A model generated the notes under the pieces. That model ran no database searches. It saw only the letters and a list, made by a program, of their open reading frames with translations, and had not been told where the DNA came from. From a virus (Duplodnaviria > Heunggongvirae > Uroviricota > Caudoviricetes), in IMG/VR virus record IMGVR_UViG_3300029468_000001: a stretch of 64,000 bases of DNA, one strand, 5' to 3'. Position numbers and translations under genes: made by a program. This document shows positions 1 through 9,019 of this stretch, piece after piece; position 1 is the first letter of the stretch; the number at the start of each line of letters is the position of its first letter.

Positions 1-152
1 CCTAGTAAATATGCACGTTTGTCTTTCTTGTCTACACCACAGAACCAACTATCCATAACAGTTCTAACAACTAAATCGCACAAATCATATGTGCCTGTTT
101 CTGGAAATACTCGTGTATAATATACGGTATCTCTCTTATTAATAGTCTTCAT
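1..152 (-). CDS. hypothetical protein (5' part only; gene runs off window start)
   Basis: ATG at 152..150 preceded by GAGGAAG SD-like sequence; open frame continues to position 1. Confidence 0.35.
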   Translation of the reverse strand, partial: MKTINKRDTVYYTRVFPETGTYDLCDLVVRTVMDSWFCGVDKKDKRAYLL

Positions 153-495
153 TCTCTGATACTTCCTCAAAAATATCTTTCATATTACTCATGAATTTGT
201 TATACGCTTTTACTACTTTTTTGTAGAGTTTATTATTACCTCTATCATCTGGATTATAGAATGGTGAAAATAACGTACTGTTTGCATATCGTACATTTGT
301 TGATACGAAATAATCTTCTTTATCTACAGTGAGATGGAGAATAATTTCCTCTGTATATAATGGTTTATTTAATATATACTGAGTTGGTGTTGTTCTGAAA
401 TTATTAGATACAAAATCTCTATCTTTGACTGATTGTTTTACACGATATGTTTTTGGTTCTACCATAAGATTTTCTCCTTTAACTTGCATTGTCAT
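139..495 (-). CDS. hypothetical protein
   Basis: 118-aa ORF in the same orientation and packing as neighbouring genes. Confidence 0.5.
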   Translation of the reverse strand: MTMQVKGENLMVEPKTYRVKQSVKDRDFVSNNFRTTPTQYILNKPLYTEEIILHLTVDKEDYFVSTNVRYANSTLFSPFYNPDDRGNNKLYKKVVKAYNKFMSNMKDIFEEVSENEDY

Positions 496-1432
496 ATGAC
501 GCTACAATATCGTCACATGTGAATCCATATTTTATTTCTGCTTCTTTGCGAGCATGAACAGCATCTTCATATTTAGTAAATTCTCCAAGATATACGGTAT
601 TATAATTAACTGTAATATATGCACACCATAAATCTTTAGATTTATTAAAACTTACTCCTGTTTTACCTGATGTATTTGTCTTACTCAAACCTCTGTTGTG
701 GGAATTTTTCTGATTGGATTTTAGAACAATATTACATTTTCGATTATCACTTGTATCTCGTGATAAATGATCTGGGACATGAACTTTTCGATTATAGTCG
801 CCATATTTAATTTCTGCTACAACTTGATGAATAAATAATGTCGATGTTTTATATTTATCATCATTTTTGACATTGGTTATCCAATAGCCCTTTTCAAGAT
901 TATCTCGTTTTTCAATTTTTCTCCAATACCATCTTTTTAAAATATCATAATCTTCTTTATCAATAATGCACTTGTTGTTATTGTCGTCTAATAATGTAAT
1001 TGTATTATCATTATTTTCTATATAAGAATTGACTTTTGTTGAATATTTTTTATTTCTTTTTGATATTTGTTCAGATGCGTAGCAACCACAAGATTGTGTA
1101 TGCCCTGATTTTAATTGATACCCAGTAACACTGGTTAATTTAGGATTTCCACAATCACATTTACATAACCAATGTGTTCTGTTTTTACCGTTTTTATTAT
1201 CTTTCTTATCTCTTTCAATGTCTCTACCAATAACAGTTAGTCTACCAAATTTTTGTCCAGTTAAATCTTCTATAATATTTGGATTATTAAATTTAATACA
1301 TCCACATGATTTGGATTTTCCATGTATTAATGTAGATAGTCGATGAGTAACAACTGTATGTTTTTCACAATCACACTCACAATCGAAGAACAAGCCAAGT
1401 GGCTTGCCCTCCTTATAGTGAGATTCTGTCAC
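479..1432 (-). CDS. HNH homing endonuclease with C-terminal AP2 DNA-binding domain
   Basis: N-terminal repeated Cys-rich modules (WLCKCDCGN...SCGC, GRLTVI); HNH-like motif HVPDHLSRDTSDNRKCNIVLKSNQKNSH; AP2-like SGKTGVSF...YLGEF...AVHARKEAEIKYG. Confidence 0.75.
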   Translation of the reverse strand: MTESHYKEGKPLGLFFDCECDCEKHTVVTHRLSTLIHGKSKSCGCIKFNNPNIIEDLTGQKFGRLTVIGRDIERDKKDNKNGKNRTHWLCKCDCGNPKLTSVTGYQLKSGHTQSCGCYASEQISKRNKKYSTKVNSYIENNDNTITLLDDNNNKCIIDKEDYDILKRWYWRKIEKRDNLEKGYWITNVKNDDKYKTSTLFIHQVVAEIKYGDYNRKVHVPDHLSRDTSDNRKCNIVLKSNQKNSHNRGLSKTNTSGKTGVSFNKSKDLWCAYITVNYNTVYLGEFTKYEDAVHARKEAEIKYGFTCDDIVASYDNAS

Positions 1433-1557
1433 TTCTTGATTATATTTCGTGATTGTCCAATGGTTGAATTTCCTGCCAATATACCGTTTGGCTTTTTTAT
1501 ATCGTTTCTGCTTGTATGTTTCATATCTTTTATTTTTTGTTTCTTCTGATTGTATTC

Positions 1558-2052
1558 TTATAAATCATCACTCCTATTTCGCCATGTTCCATCCGCTTGC
1601 TTTTCCCAAATATGCTGATTTTTGCTGCCCCTAAACGCAAGAGATAAGTCTTTTTGTTCTAAAATAAATTCTCCGTCAACAATATAGTCTGCATATTTAA
1701 CAATTTCCTTAGATGAAATATCAGTTTCAAAGTCATATCTAGTCCACACCCATATCTGTTTTTCAGGGAATTTCTCTTTACATTTCTTTGCAATATCGGT
1801 TACTTTATCAATATTCTGGTTACATAATGGTTCTCCACCAAGAATACTGATTCGTTTAATATATGGGCGATCAATCATTTGATAAAAATGAGTTAATTTA
1901 TCATCTGATAAATCTTCTCCACCTTTAAAATCCCATGCTTGAGAGTTAAAACACCCATCACAATGAGGTGATGGACACCCTTGTACAAACAACGAAATAC
2001 CTACTCTTTTTCCATTTACTACATCACAATCTAAAACTTCCGCATATTTCAT
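1558..2052 (-). CDS. nrdG: anaerobic ribonucleotide reductase activating protein (radical SAM)
   Basis: GISLFVQGCPSPHCDGCFN cysteine cluster typical of NrdG; immediately downstream of nrdD. Confidence 0.85.
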   Translation of the reverse strand: MKYAEVLDCDVVNGKRVGISLFVQGCPSPHCDGCFNSQAWDFKGGEDLSDDKLTHFYQMIDRPYIKRISILGGEPLCNQNIDKVTDIAKKCKEKFPEKQIWVWTRYDFETDISSKEIVKYADYIVDGEFILEQKDLSLAFRGSKNQHIWEKQADGTWRNRSDDL

Positions 2053-2055
2053 AAA

Positions 2056-4302
2056 TTAAAGCTCCTTTTTAATGTCACTATGTTTAGTTCTTAATTCTAC
2101 TTCTTCAATTTTGCCGTTATTAAATGCAGTTTTATAATCGCCTGTTAAATATCCAGTTACTCTGCGTAATCGTTTAATATCTTTTCCACCACACATAGGG
2201 CAGGCATCTCCGATTTCATCACAATATCCACAAGTCATACATGTATCATTTGGTACATTAATTGCAAAATATGGAATATCGTGATCCATAGCGTAATTAA
2301 CAATTTCTTCCAATGCTTCGGTATTATGTTTAACACTAGACTCTAACTCAACATATGTGATGCATCCTGCGCTGCTATATCCAGTTAATTGTGATTCAAT
2401 ATCAATTTTTTCAAATGGATTTACCTTTTCCCAGACAGGGACATGAATCGAATTTGTAAAGAATTGTTTGTCAGATACACTTTTAATAGTTCCATACTTT
2501 TCTTTGAATTTCTTCATTGATGTAAAACATAAATTTTCGGCTGGTGTGTAGTACACTCCAAAATTTAATTTATATTGCTCTTTAAATTCGGCACATCTAT
2601 CCTTAAATAACTGTTCAATATGTTTCGCTAATTCCATTCCTTTTGATTTTGTATGATTACAACCAATAAGAATTTGCAATGTTTCTGCTAATCCTAATTG
2701 TCCAATTGCAAGAGTTCCATGTTTTAATGCAGAACGAATGCCTTCTTCTGGAATATATCCTGCCATTGTTCCATTTTCATACATGAATTTTGCGGAATCA
2801 GGAGATTGAGAACAAATCCAATCGAATCGTTCAATTAACATATCTTTAGCTTCGTGGATTTTTTCATCAAGTAAAAGCATAAAATTCGAGACTAAATTAG
2901 ATTCTTTTTCATTCTGTGTCATACCATCATTGTCAGGAATTTCTAAAGCTTCTTTTACTTCCATTGCCAACATAGGCATAATGATTGTTACTGGACAAAT
3001 GTTTCCTCTTCCATCTTTCAATTGTCCAAATCCATTAATATCATATCCATTAGCTGTCCTACAGCCCATTGTAGAAAAATACGTTTTTGGATCATTAATA
3101 TTATATCCTGCATTTCCACTCCAATCTACATTTGCATAGTTTGGATATAATCTTTGTGCAGTAGATTTTAATGCTAACTGAAATAAATCATAGTTTGGAT
3201 CACCAAGTTTTCTATTTACTCCGTTCATACACTGGAAAATTCCACAAGGGAAAATAGATGTTTTATGCAACTTTCCAATACCTTTAATAGAAACTTCAAG
3301 AAGTGCTTTAGTTACTAATCTTCCTTCTGGTAAAGTACAAGTACCATAATTAATTGATGTAAATGGTAGTTGATTTCCGCTTCTACTCTGTAATGTATTA
3401 AGATTATGATACATTCCTTCAACAGCTTGATAAGTTTCCTTTACAGTCATATCCGTAGCATACTTATATGCTTTGTCATAAACCATATATTCACTATCTT
3501 CAATTCCTGCATTATCTGGAATATGCTCAAAAAGTTCTTTATCATAAATATTGCAGATATATTTTAAGCCATCAATATAATGTTTTCTAAAGCTTTTACG
3601 AATATAAGGTACCATTGTCCAATCAAGATGTGTTGCCGAAACTCCACCAAATTGTTGTAAACTCTGTAACTGAAAAACAACCGCTACAAGTTGAAATGCT
3701 GTATTGATAGATTGTGCAGGTCTAACGTCTGTTTGCCGAGTATTAAATCCTTCTTTTAATAATTTATCAAAAGGTATACTCAAGCAGTTATGCATCCCTA
3801 TCGCATATGAGTTCAAATCATGGATATAAATTTCATTATTAATATGATTTTGTTTTGCCATAAGAGACATGCAATGATCTAAAGCGTATTTCTTTAATAC
3901 GGAATCACTAGCTTCTCCAACTCTACCTCCAAAAGATTTCTCATCAACGTTTGCGTTCTGGTTTTGTACATTTGAAGCGGAAAGTTTTTCAGAAATATCT
4001 TTCATAAGTTGAGTTTTACTCTCACGTACTTCTGTTCTCTTATTTCGATAAATAATAAATGCTTTTGCTACATCTTTTCGTTTGCTAGCCATTAATTTTT
4101 CTTCTACAATATCCTGAATTTCTTCAACAGAAATATGACTATTATTTAAAGAATTAATGTAATTTGCAACTTCACAAGCTTTTACTTTTGCTTCTGGTGT
4201 AATTTCACCATCTACTTCCTCAAAAGCCTTTAAAACAGCATTTTTAATCTTTGATTTATCAAATTCTACTTTACGACCATCTCTCTTGATTACCTTAATC
4301 AT
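2056..4302 (-). CDS. nrdD: anaerobic ribonucleoside-triphosphate reductase
   Basis: N-terminal ATP-cone (MIKVIKRDGRKVEFD); C-terminal Zn ribbon CMTCGYC...CPMCGG; glycyl-radical motif RVTGYLTG; AAAGGAG RBS. Confidence 0.92.
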   Translation of the reverse strand: MIKVIKRDGRKVEFDKSKIKNAVLKAFEEVDGEITPEAKVKACEVANYINSLNNSHISVEEIQDIVEEKLMASKRKDVAKAFIIYRNKRTEVRESKTQLMKDISEKLSASNVQNQNANVDEKSFGGRVGEASDSVLKKYALDHCMSLMAKQNHINNEIYIHDLNSYAIGMHNCLSIPFDKLLKEGFNTRQTDVRPAQSINTAFQLVAVVFQLQSLQQFGGVSATHLDWTMVPYIRKSFRKHYIDGLKYICNIYDKELFEHIPDNAGIEDSEYMVYDKAYKYATDMTVKETYQAVEGMYHNLNTLQSRSGNQLPFTSINYGTCTLPEGRLVTKALLEVSIKGIGKLHKTSIFPCGIFQCMNGVNRKLGDPNYDLFQLALKSTAQRLYPNYANVDWSGNAGYNINDPKTYFSTMGCRTANGYDINGFGQLKDGRGNICPVTIIMPMLAMEVKEALEIPDNDGMTQNEKESNLVSNFMLLLDEKIHEAKDMLIERFDWICSQSPDSAKFMYENGTMAGYIPEEGIRSALKHGTLAIGQLGLAETLQILIGCNHTKSKGMELAKHIEQLFKDRCAEFKEQYKLNFGVYYTPAENLCFTSMKKFKEKYGTIKSVSDKQFFTNSIHVPVWEKVNPFEKIDIESQLTGYSSAGCITYVELESSVKHNTEALEEIVNYAMDHDIPYFAINVPNDTCMTCGYCDEIGDACPMCGGKDIKRLRRVTGYLTGDYKTAFNNGKIEEVELRTKHSDIKKEL

Positions 4303-4454
4303 TCATTATCTCCTTTACCAAATCTCTTATTAAATAGTTCCTTTTCCATCTTTTCTCTATCCTTCGTTGAAATTGCTAAACATAAGCACATATATGCGAT
4401 TACAATCAAACACGCAATGATAAAAGCTCCAACTCCGATAACAACTGCATTCAT
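4299..4454 (-). CDS. small hydrophobic membrane protein (51 aa)
   Basis: ATG at 4454; single TM helix; stop overlaps nrdD start in ATGA (translational coupling). Confidence 0.4.
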   Translation of the reverse strand: MNAVVIGVGAFIIACLIVIAYMCLCLAISTKDREKMEKELFNKRFGKGDNE

Positions 4455-4464
4455 AATAACCACC

Positions 4465-4605
4465 TCACATATCTTTAATCTTAATTTTCAATGCTTCTAA
4501 TTCTTTATATTCATCAGTATCATATCTGGTATGATCTTTACGAATCATATGTGTCTGCTCGTTGCATATAAGTTCCACAAGTAGTTTCTTCTCTTTTTCT
4601 GTCAT
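4465..4605 (-). CDS. small hypothetical protein (46 aa)
   Basis: short ORF MTEKEKKLLVELICNEQTH... in the same orientation between genes. Confidence 0.3.
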   Translation of the reverse strand: MTEKEKKLLVELICNEQTHMIRKDHTRYDTDEYKELEALKIKIKDM

Positions 4606-4659
4606 TGTTTTATGATTCCTTACTAATTTTTTCTTATATGTTTATTTTCTCCACAAATG

Positions 4660-4668
4660 TGATATAAT
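4660..4668 (+). promoter_or_regulatory. candidate extended -10 element TGATATAAT on the plus strand
   Basis: perfect TGnTATAAT match in the 390-bp noncoding region; a TSS would fall at about 4676, the start of the ATGGAGGGC stem arm. Confidence 0.25.
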
Positions 4669-4675
4669 ATTTGTT

Positions 4676-4830
4676 AATGGAGGGCGTTTCAAAAATTTAT
4701 CCAAAAATTAATAGTCCATATAGTGTTTAATTCTCTTATATATAAATTGTATAAATGGGATATATCAAATTTTATCAACATGCAACTATTAACTTGCCCT
4801 CCATATCCTTATGAGTAAATTCTTTTAATT
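4676..4830 (+). ncRNA. candidate small structured RNA with a 9-bp GC-rich helix pairing its 5' and 3' ends (ATGGAGGGC 4677-4685 / GCCCTCCAT 4795-4803)
   Basis: GC-rich inverted repeat in AT-rich noncoding DNA, just downstream of an extended -10 and followed by a U-rich stretch on the plus strand. Confidence 0.2.
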
Positions 4831-5001
4831 TCACCGTTACCACCATCTTTACATTTCAAAACAAGATGTGTACATAATGAATAGCACAATTTGGTTTATG
4901 CGAAATCATATCAATTACATATTCTCTATTATCAACTTCAACAGTGATAAAATTATCCCCAATGCGTTTTAATTCCCGTACTAGCTCTCCGCTACTAATA
5001 A

Positions 5002-5592
5002 TCACTTCTCCAAAGTCACCTCTTTCCCAATTCCAAGCAGATATTGTCTAATTTCAGCCCAATTCTGTAATCTTTTACCTATCCAATCTTTATTCCAGCT
5101 ATATGTTCTACCAAAACAAATATTTTCTTTTGCATTGGAAGTCACAAGATTTTTTGTACTATCATCAATAAATAATCCATCACTCATATCTATATGAGAC
5201 TTATCATAATATTCTTTAAGATTTACACCAATAAATTCTATATCTGGAAATCTTTTATTAATCCATTCTTCCTTTTGTTTAAGATTAGGTGAATATCCAT
5301 GTGAGACAATTTTGATTATGTAATACTCAGATAATTCATTAATTGCACGTTCAGCCCAAGGCATAAAATGTAATCTCTCGAAGAATCTAGGTTGATTGAA
5401 GTACAAATCAATATATCCAGGTGGCGCACAATTACATTCTTCAAATCCCCAAGTATCAACAGTCCACCAATTTATATAATGAAATTTCTTATAATACAGG
5501 AAATCTTCATTATATAAATCAACAATCGCATCTATGGTGGCAACTAATGTTCCATCAAAATCAACATATAATGTTTTAATATCATTTCTCAT
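5002..5592 (-). CDS. HAD-superfamily 5'(3')-deoxyribonucleotidase-like hydrolase
   Basis: N-terminal LYVDFDGTL motif (HAD motif I); size and layout resemble NT5C-type nucleotidases. Confidence 0.65.
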   Translation of the reverse strand: MRNDIKTLYVDFDGTLVATIDAIVDLYNEDFLYYKKFHYINWWTVDTWGFEECNCAPPGYIDLYFNQPRFFERLHFMPWAERAINELSEYYIIKIVSHGYSPNLKQKEEWINKRFPDIEFIGVNLKEYYDKSHIDMSDGLFIDDSTKNLVTSNAKENICFGRTYSWNKDWIGKRLQNWAEIRQYLLGIGKEVTLEK

Positions 5593-6163
5593 CTGTGATA
5601 CCTCGTTTTGCTTTGTCTTTATTGATTACACGTACCATTTTTGCAACAGATTCTTCAAGACTTCTATCATTCAATACAAAGTAATCAATAAGATTGGATT
5701 TCTCAAAGTTGGAAAATTCTTCACTTTCCTTGATATAATTAGCTTGCCAAGCGTTATAATCTCCACGTTTCTTTGCTCTTTGCCGTAAATCATTATATGG
5801 AACATTCACCATAATGGTTACTAATTCAATATCCATATCTTTTGTTTTGAGTTTTAATTCGTAATATCCTGTGGGATTGATAATGTAGAAATCATTATCT
5901 AAGAGCTGTTGTTTTGTTGCGAAGTTACAATATCCTACTCTATCAGTATAAGCAATCATATCGTTACGATATTTCTCTACTTCGTCTGGTGAAATTAATA
6001 TATGGTCTGAATTTTCTTTTGTTTCATCTTGTCGTAGATATTGTCGTGTAGAATATGAGCGTAAAATACTCATATTCAATTGTTTTGCTACTTCTTTTGT
6101 AATTGTTGATTTTCCTGATCCTGATCTTCCTAATACACAATATACTGTATGTATAATAATCAC
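5582..6163 (-). CDS. guanylate-kinase-like (d)NMP kinase
   Basis: P-loop GRSGSGKST followed by SYSTRQ...R region resembling the GMP-kinase S-TTR signature. Confidence 0.6.
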   Translation of the reverse strand: MIIIHTVYCVLGRSGSGKSTITKEVAKQLNMSILRSYSTRQYLRQDETKENSDHILISPDEVEKYRNDMIAYTDRVGYCNFATKQQLLDNDFYIINPTGYYELKLKTKDMDIELVTIMVNVPYNDLRQRAKKRGDYNAWQANYIKESEEFSNFEKSNLIDYFVLNDRSLEESVAKMVRVINKDKAKRGITDEK

Positions 6164-6168
6164 GCTCC

Positions 6169-6585
6169 TTATTCAGAATCTTTTAATAATTCTTCTAAAC
6201 TATCAATTTGAAGCTCTGTTTGCTTATCATCAGACAACAATGCCGTAAGTTGTTTTTCTAACATATCTAATTTCTTTTTCTCAGCCTTATATCTCTGTAC
6301 TTCAAGATTTGCTTCTACATCAGTAATCCAATCATCAAGTGAACTACCTGAAATCATTAAGGTAGAAGTGTTAATTTCTAAATCTTTTGCAGAGATTAAA
6401 AGTGCATTAAGTTTAATTAACAACATTTCGCTTGAATCAATATGTAAATTGTAAGTAACCTTATCAAATACTAATAAACAATTAGTAATTGGATTGAATC
6501 TTGTTGGTTTTGATGCAAGCTCCTGTCTTTTTTCTTCAATAATTTTTTTTAACTGCATAATTCTTTCATCATTTTTCTGTGCCAT
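6169..6585 (-). CDS. hypothetical coiled-coil protein (start placed at internal ATG with AAGGAG RBS; longest ORF extends to 6612)
   Basis: AAGGAGA 8 nt upstream of ATG at 6585. Confidence 0.5.
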   Translation of the reverse strand: MAQKNDERIMQLKKIIEEKRQELASKPTRFNPITNCLLVFDKVTYNLHIDSSEMLLIKLNALLISAKDLEINTSTLMISGSSLDDWITDVEANLEVQRYKAEKKKLDMLEKQLTALLSDDKQTELQIDSLEELLKDSE

Positions 6586-7852
6586 AATAAAATCTCCTTT
6601 CCAGATAACCATTTTTTAAATAATGTTCTCCATAGATAGGATGAATATACTGATAACATTCTTCTAAATTATCAAAATATTTTTTAACCTGTCGTTCCCT
6701 TGTTTTTGTTTCCATTTCACTAGAGAACCATTTCTTTTCCTCATAGGTTTCAATAATGGTATCCATGATACACCATTTACCACTCTCTTTTTCATAATAT
6801 ACTTTTCTATTATCAAGAAGCTTATCTTTTTCTTTGCCAACTATAAAATTATCACCGTACCAATTATTTTTAAGACACTTTTCAATGGTTTCTTGCGCCA
6901 TAGCAACAAATATATCGTATGGTAAATCAATAAGCTTATCTGCTTCAAAATCTTCTTGACAATATTCAGCATTGCTATATAACAGGTTAACCATATCTGG
7001 ATAATCTGGTCTTTTTTCAAGAACCATATGGGTGAACTTTCTTGTAATTGTTTTCATATGTGTTACTCTATTTTCTCTGTGCCAACTATATTCAGCACTA
7101 GGATTTCCAAGAAGAATAAAGAAAAATTCATTCTTTTCTTCTTGAATACTTCTATAGTAAGTAAGGTTTTGATTATAATAACTACTTCGACATTTACTGA
7201 TTAACCATGTATCATCAAGCGGATATTCATATCCTTCTTTTCTGTTGTTACTATAATAGTAACCATGACTTTCATGGTAATAATAATTTGACTGATTTTT
7301 CCAAGGCTTTGATTTTCCCATATACACATATTGATTACCATTCAAATCCTCATATGTAGCACCAATGATTAAATCTCTTGCTTTAATAAATGTATTATTA
7401 TGAATGACTTTATTCTTTTCCTGAATTTCTTTATAGTCCGAGGATTCTACAGGTACAAGAACTAATTCTTTACCATCCCAACCATAAACAAATTCACCTT
7501 CAAGTCCTTTACCTTTGATACAGTTACAATTTTCTAAAATCCACAACAGATTTGGAATTGTAATTTCAAACTCAAATCCTCTAGGGTCATACACTCTTGT
7601 ATATGTCTGTCTGGGATTCCAACCATATCTATCTCCACCAACCTTCTTATTTAATACAAATCCTTCCATTGGCTCATTATCGTAGATTTCGTTTGGAATA
7701 CATTCATCTCTCCAACCTTGCCATGAGGTTTCTTTTCGTAATTTACCTTTTTCATCAAAATAGATTACATAAGCTAATTTACCTGTATAAGTATCTTTTC
7801 GTTTTTGGAATCCTACATTTATTTTTGTTGGTATAAAGATATTTGTTTTCAT
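6569..7852 (-). CDS. hypothetical protein, 427 aa, W/Y-rich, no recognised domain
   Basis: long ORF between the kinase and TS-like genes. Confidence 0.6.
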   Translation of the reverse strand: MKTNIFIPTKINVGFQKRKDTYTGKLAYVIYFDEKGKLRKETSWQGWRDECIPNEIYDNEPMEGFVLNKKVGGDRYGWNPRQTYTRVYDPRGFEFEITIPNLLWILENCNCIKGKGLEGEFVYGWDGKELVLVPVESSDYKEIQEKNKVIHNNTFIKARDLIIGATYEDLNGNQYVYMGKSKPWKNQSNYYYHESHGYYYSNNRKEGYEYPLDDTWLISKCRSSYYNQNLTYYRSIQEEKNEFFFILLGNPSAEYSWHRENRVTHMKTITRKFTHMVLEKRPDYPDMVNLLYSNAEYCQEDFEADKLIDLPYDIFVAMAQETIEKCLKNNWYGDNFIVGKEKDKLLDNRKVYYEKESGKWCIMDTIIETYEEKKWFSSEMETKTRERQVKKYFDNLEECYQYIHPIYGEHYLKNGYLERRFYYGTEK

Positions 7853-7876
7853 TATATTTTCTCCGTTCTTATAAAA

Positions 7877-8746
7877 CTAAATGCCTAATTCAAGTTTTAT
7901 CTGTGGTTTAATCGGATTATAATTTTCAAGGGAAAAATCTTCGATTGAGAAATCATAGAAATTATCAGATTTAGGATTGAAATTCATTTTGACTGGTTCA
8001 AATTCATAGTCATAATGACCATTAGATGTAGAAATTTTTAACTTATGTTCATTCGACCTATTAATAAGTTCATTCGCAGCATCAAGGTGACGATCATAAA
8101 TCTGTTCATTTGCTACGAAGTGTGTGAATTTTCCTGGCTTATATCCAGTAGCTTTAGCAATCATCATCTGTAAACAAGCATACTGTACTTCATTAACTCC
8201 ACCTGCACCACTAGCAGTAATCATATCTCCACTTCTTTGAATAAGACACATATCAAGATATTCACCCCTTACATTCCAGATAGTAAGGAATGCACATGGC
8301 GCAAGCCCGTCAGTTTCTCTCAGATCATTTTCTTGCCATAGCGATACGATTTTTCTTCTTCCGTATGGATTAGTTTTAATATCGTTAATTATATTATTAA
8401 TTAGATCATATTTTTTTACAGTATATCCGTATCTATGACCAATTGTTCCGTCACCAATATTCCAGTCGTTCCACCATTTTACACCCATATCTTCCATCTC
8501 AGAAATTACATTTGTAGGCTTTTGATAAATTGTAAAAATTTCTTTAATCGCACTTTTCCACGCAATAGGACGTAATGTACAAATTGGAAACTCTGTTTGA
8601 AGATTATAAGTTCTCACAACATGATTCACAAAATATGTATGAGCTGGTGTACCATCTTCATATTTTGGACGAGGATTTTCGTCTTTTGTTCCATTTACAA
8701 AAATGTTACGAATATCATTTACCAATAATAAATCTGCTCTTGTCAT
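7877..8746 (-). CDS. thymidylate-synthase-family enzyme (ThyA-like; possibly a dUMP hydroxymethylase-type variant)
   Basis: aligns along the ThyA fold (RRKIVSLWQ, APCAFLTIWNV vs PCHAFFQFYV, IQRSGD vs YQRSCD, VNEVQY vs FNIASY); catalytic Cys and Asn kept, conserved His and GDTH changed. Confidence 0.8.
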   Translation of the reverse strand: MTRADLLLVNDIRNIFVNGTKDENPRPKYEDGTPAHTYFVNHVVRTYNLQTEFPICTLRPIAWKSAIKEIFTIYQKPTNVISEMEDMGVKWWNDWNIGDGTIGHRYGYTVKKYDLINNIINDIKTNPYGRRKIVSLWQENDLRETDGLAPCAFLTIWNVRGEYLDMCLIQRSGDMITASGAGGVNEVQYACLQMMIAKATGYKPGKFTHFVANEQIYDRHLDAANELINRSNEHKLKISTSNGHYDYEFEPVKMNFNPKSDNFYDFSIEDFSLENYNPIKPQIKLELGI

Positions 8747-8749
8747 ACA

Positions 8750-8992
8750 TTATTCCTCAACAATCCATAGTTTAATATCTTCTTTAAATTGATTACATAA
8801 TTTTTCATCATTTGATAAGAAATTCACAACACATTCTTTATCAAGACTTGTACTTAGAATCCCCATGATAGATTTCGCATCAATTGTGTACCTAGAGTAT
8901 ACATAGTCAATATCTACATCTTTATATTCTCCACATTTGGCTACGAATAACCCTGCATCATTAATTGTATTTAATTTGACTTTACACTTCAT
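8750..8992 (-). CDS. hypothetical protein
   Basis: 80-aa ORF. Confidence 0.45.
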   Translation of the reverse strand: MKCKVKLNTINDAGLFVAKCGEYKDVDIDYVYSRYTIDAKSIMGILSTSLDKECVVNFLSNDEKLCNQFKEDIKLWIVEE

Positions 8993-9019
8993 TTTATAAA
9001 ATCCTTTCCTATTATAATG

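Noticed and set aside
4677-4803. The 9-bp inverted repeat pair as terminal repeats of a miniature transposable element
   Set aside because: There are no target-site duplications, the flanking TTAA motifs are not symmetric, and no transposase is nearby. The promoter plus paired-ends RNA explanation fits better.
6169-6612. Longest-ORF starts for 6169-6612 and 52081-52647
   Set aside because: The longer starts would give 17-nt to 64-nt overlaps with upstream genes. The internal ATGs have an AAGGAG RBS (6585) or a canonical TAATG coupling (52584), so the shorter starts were preferred, with moderate confidence.
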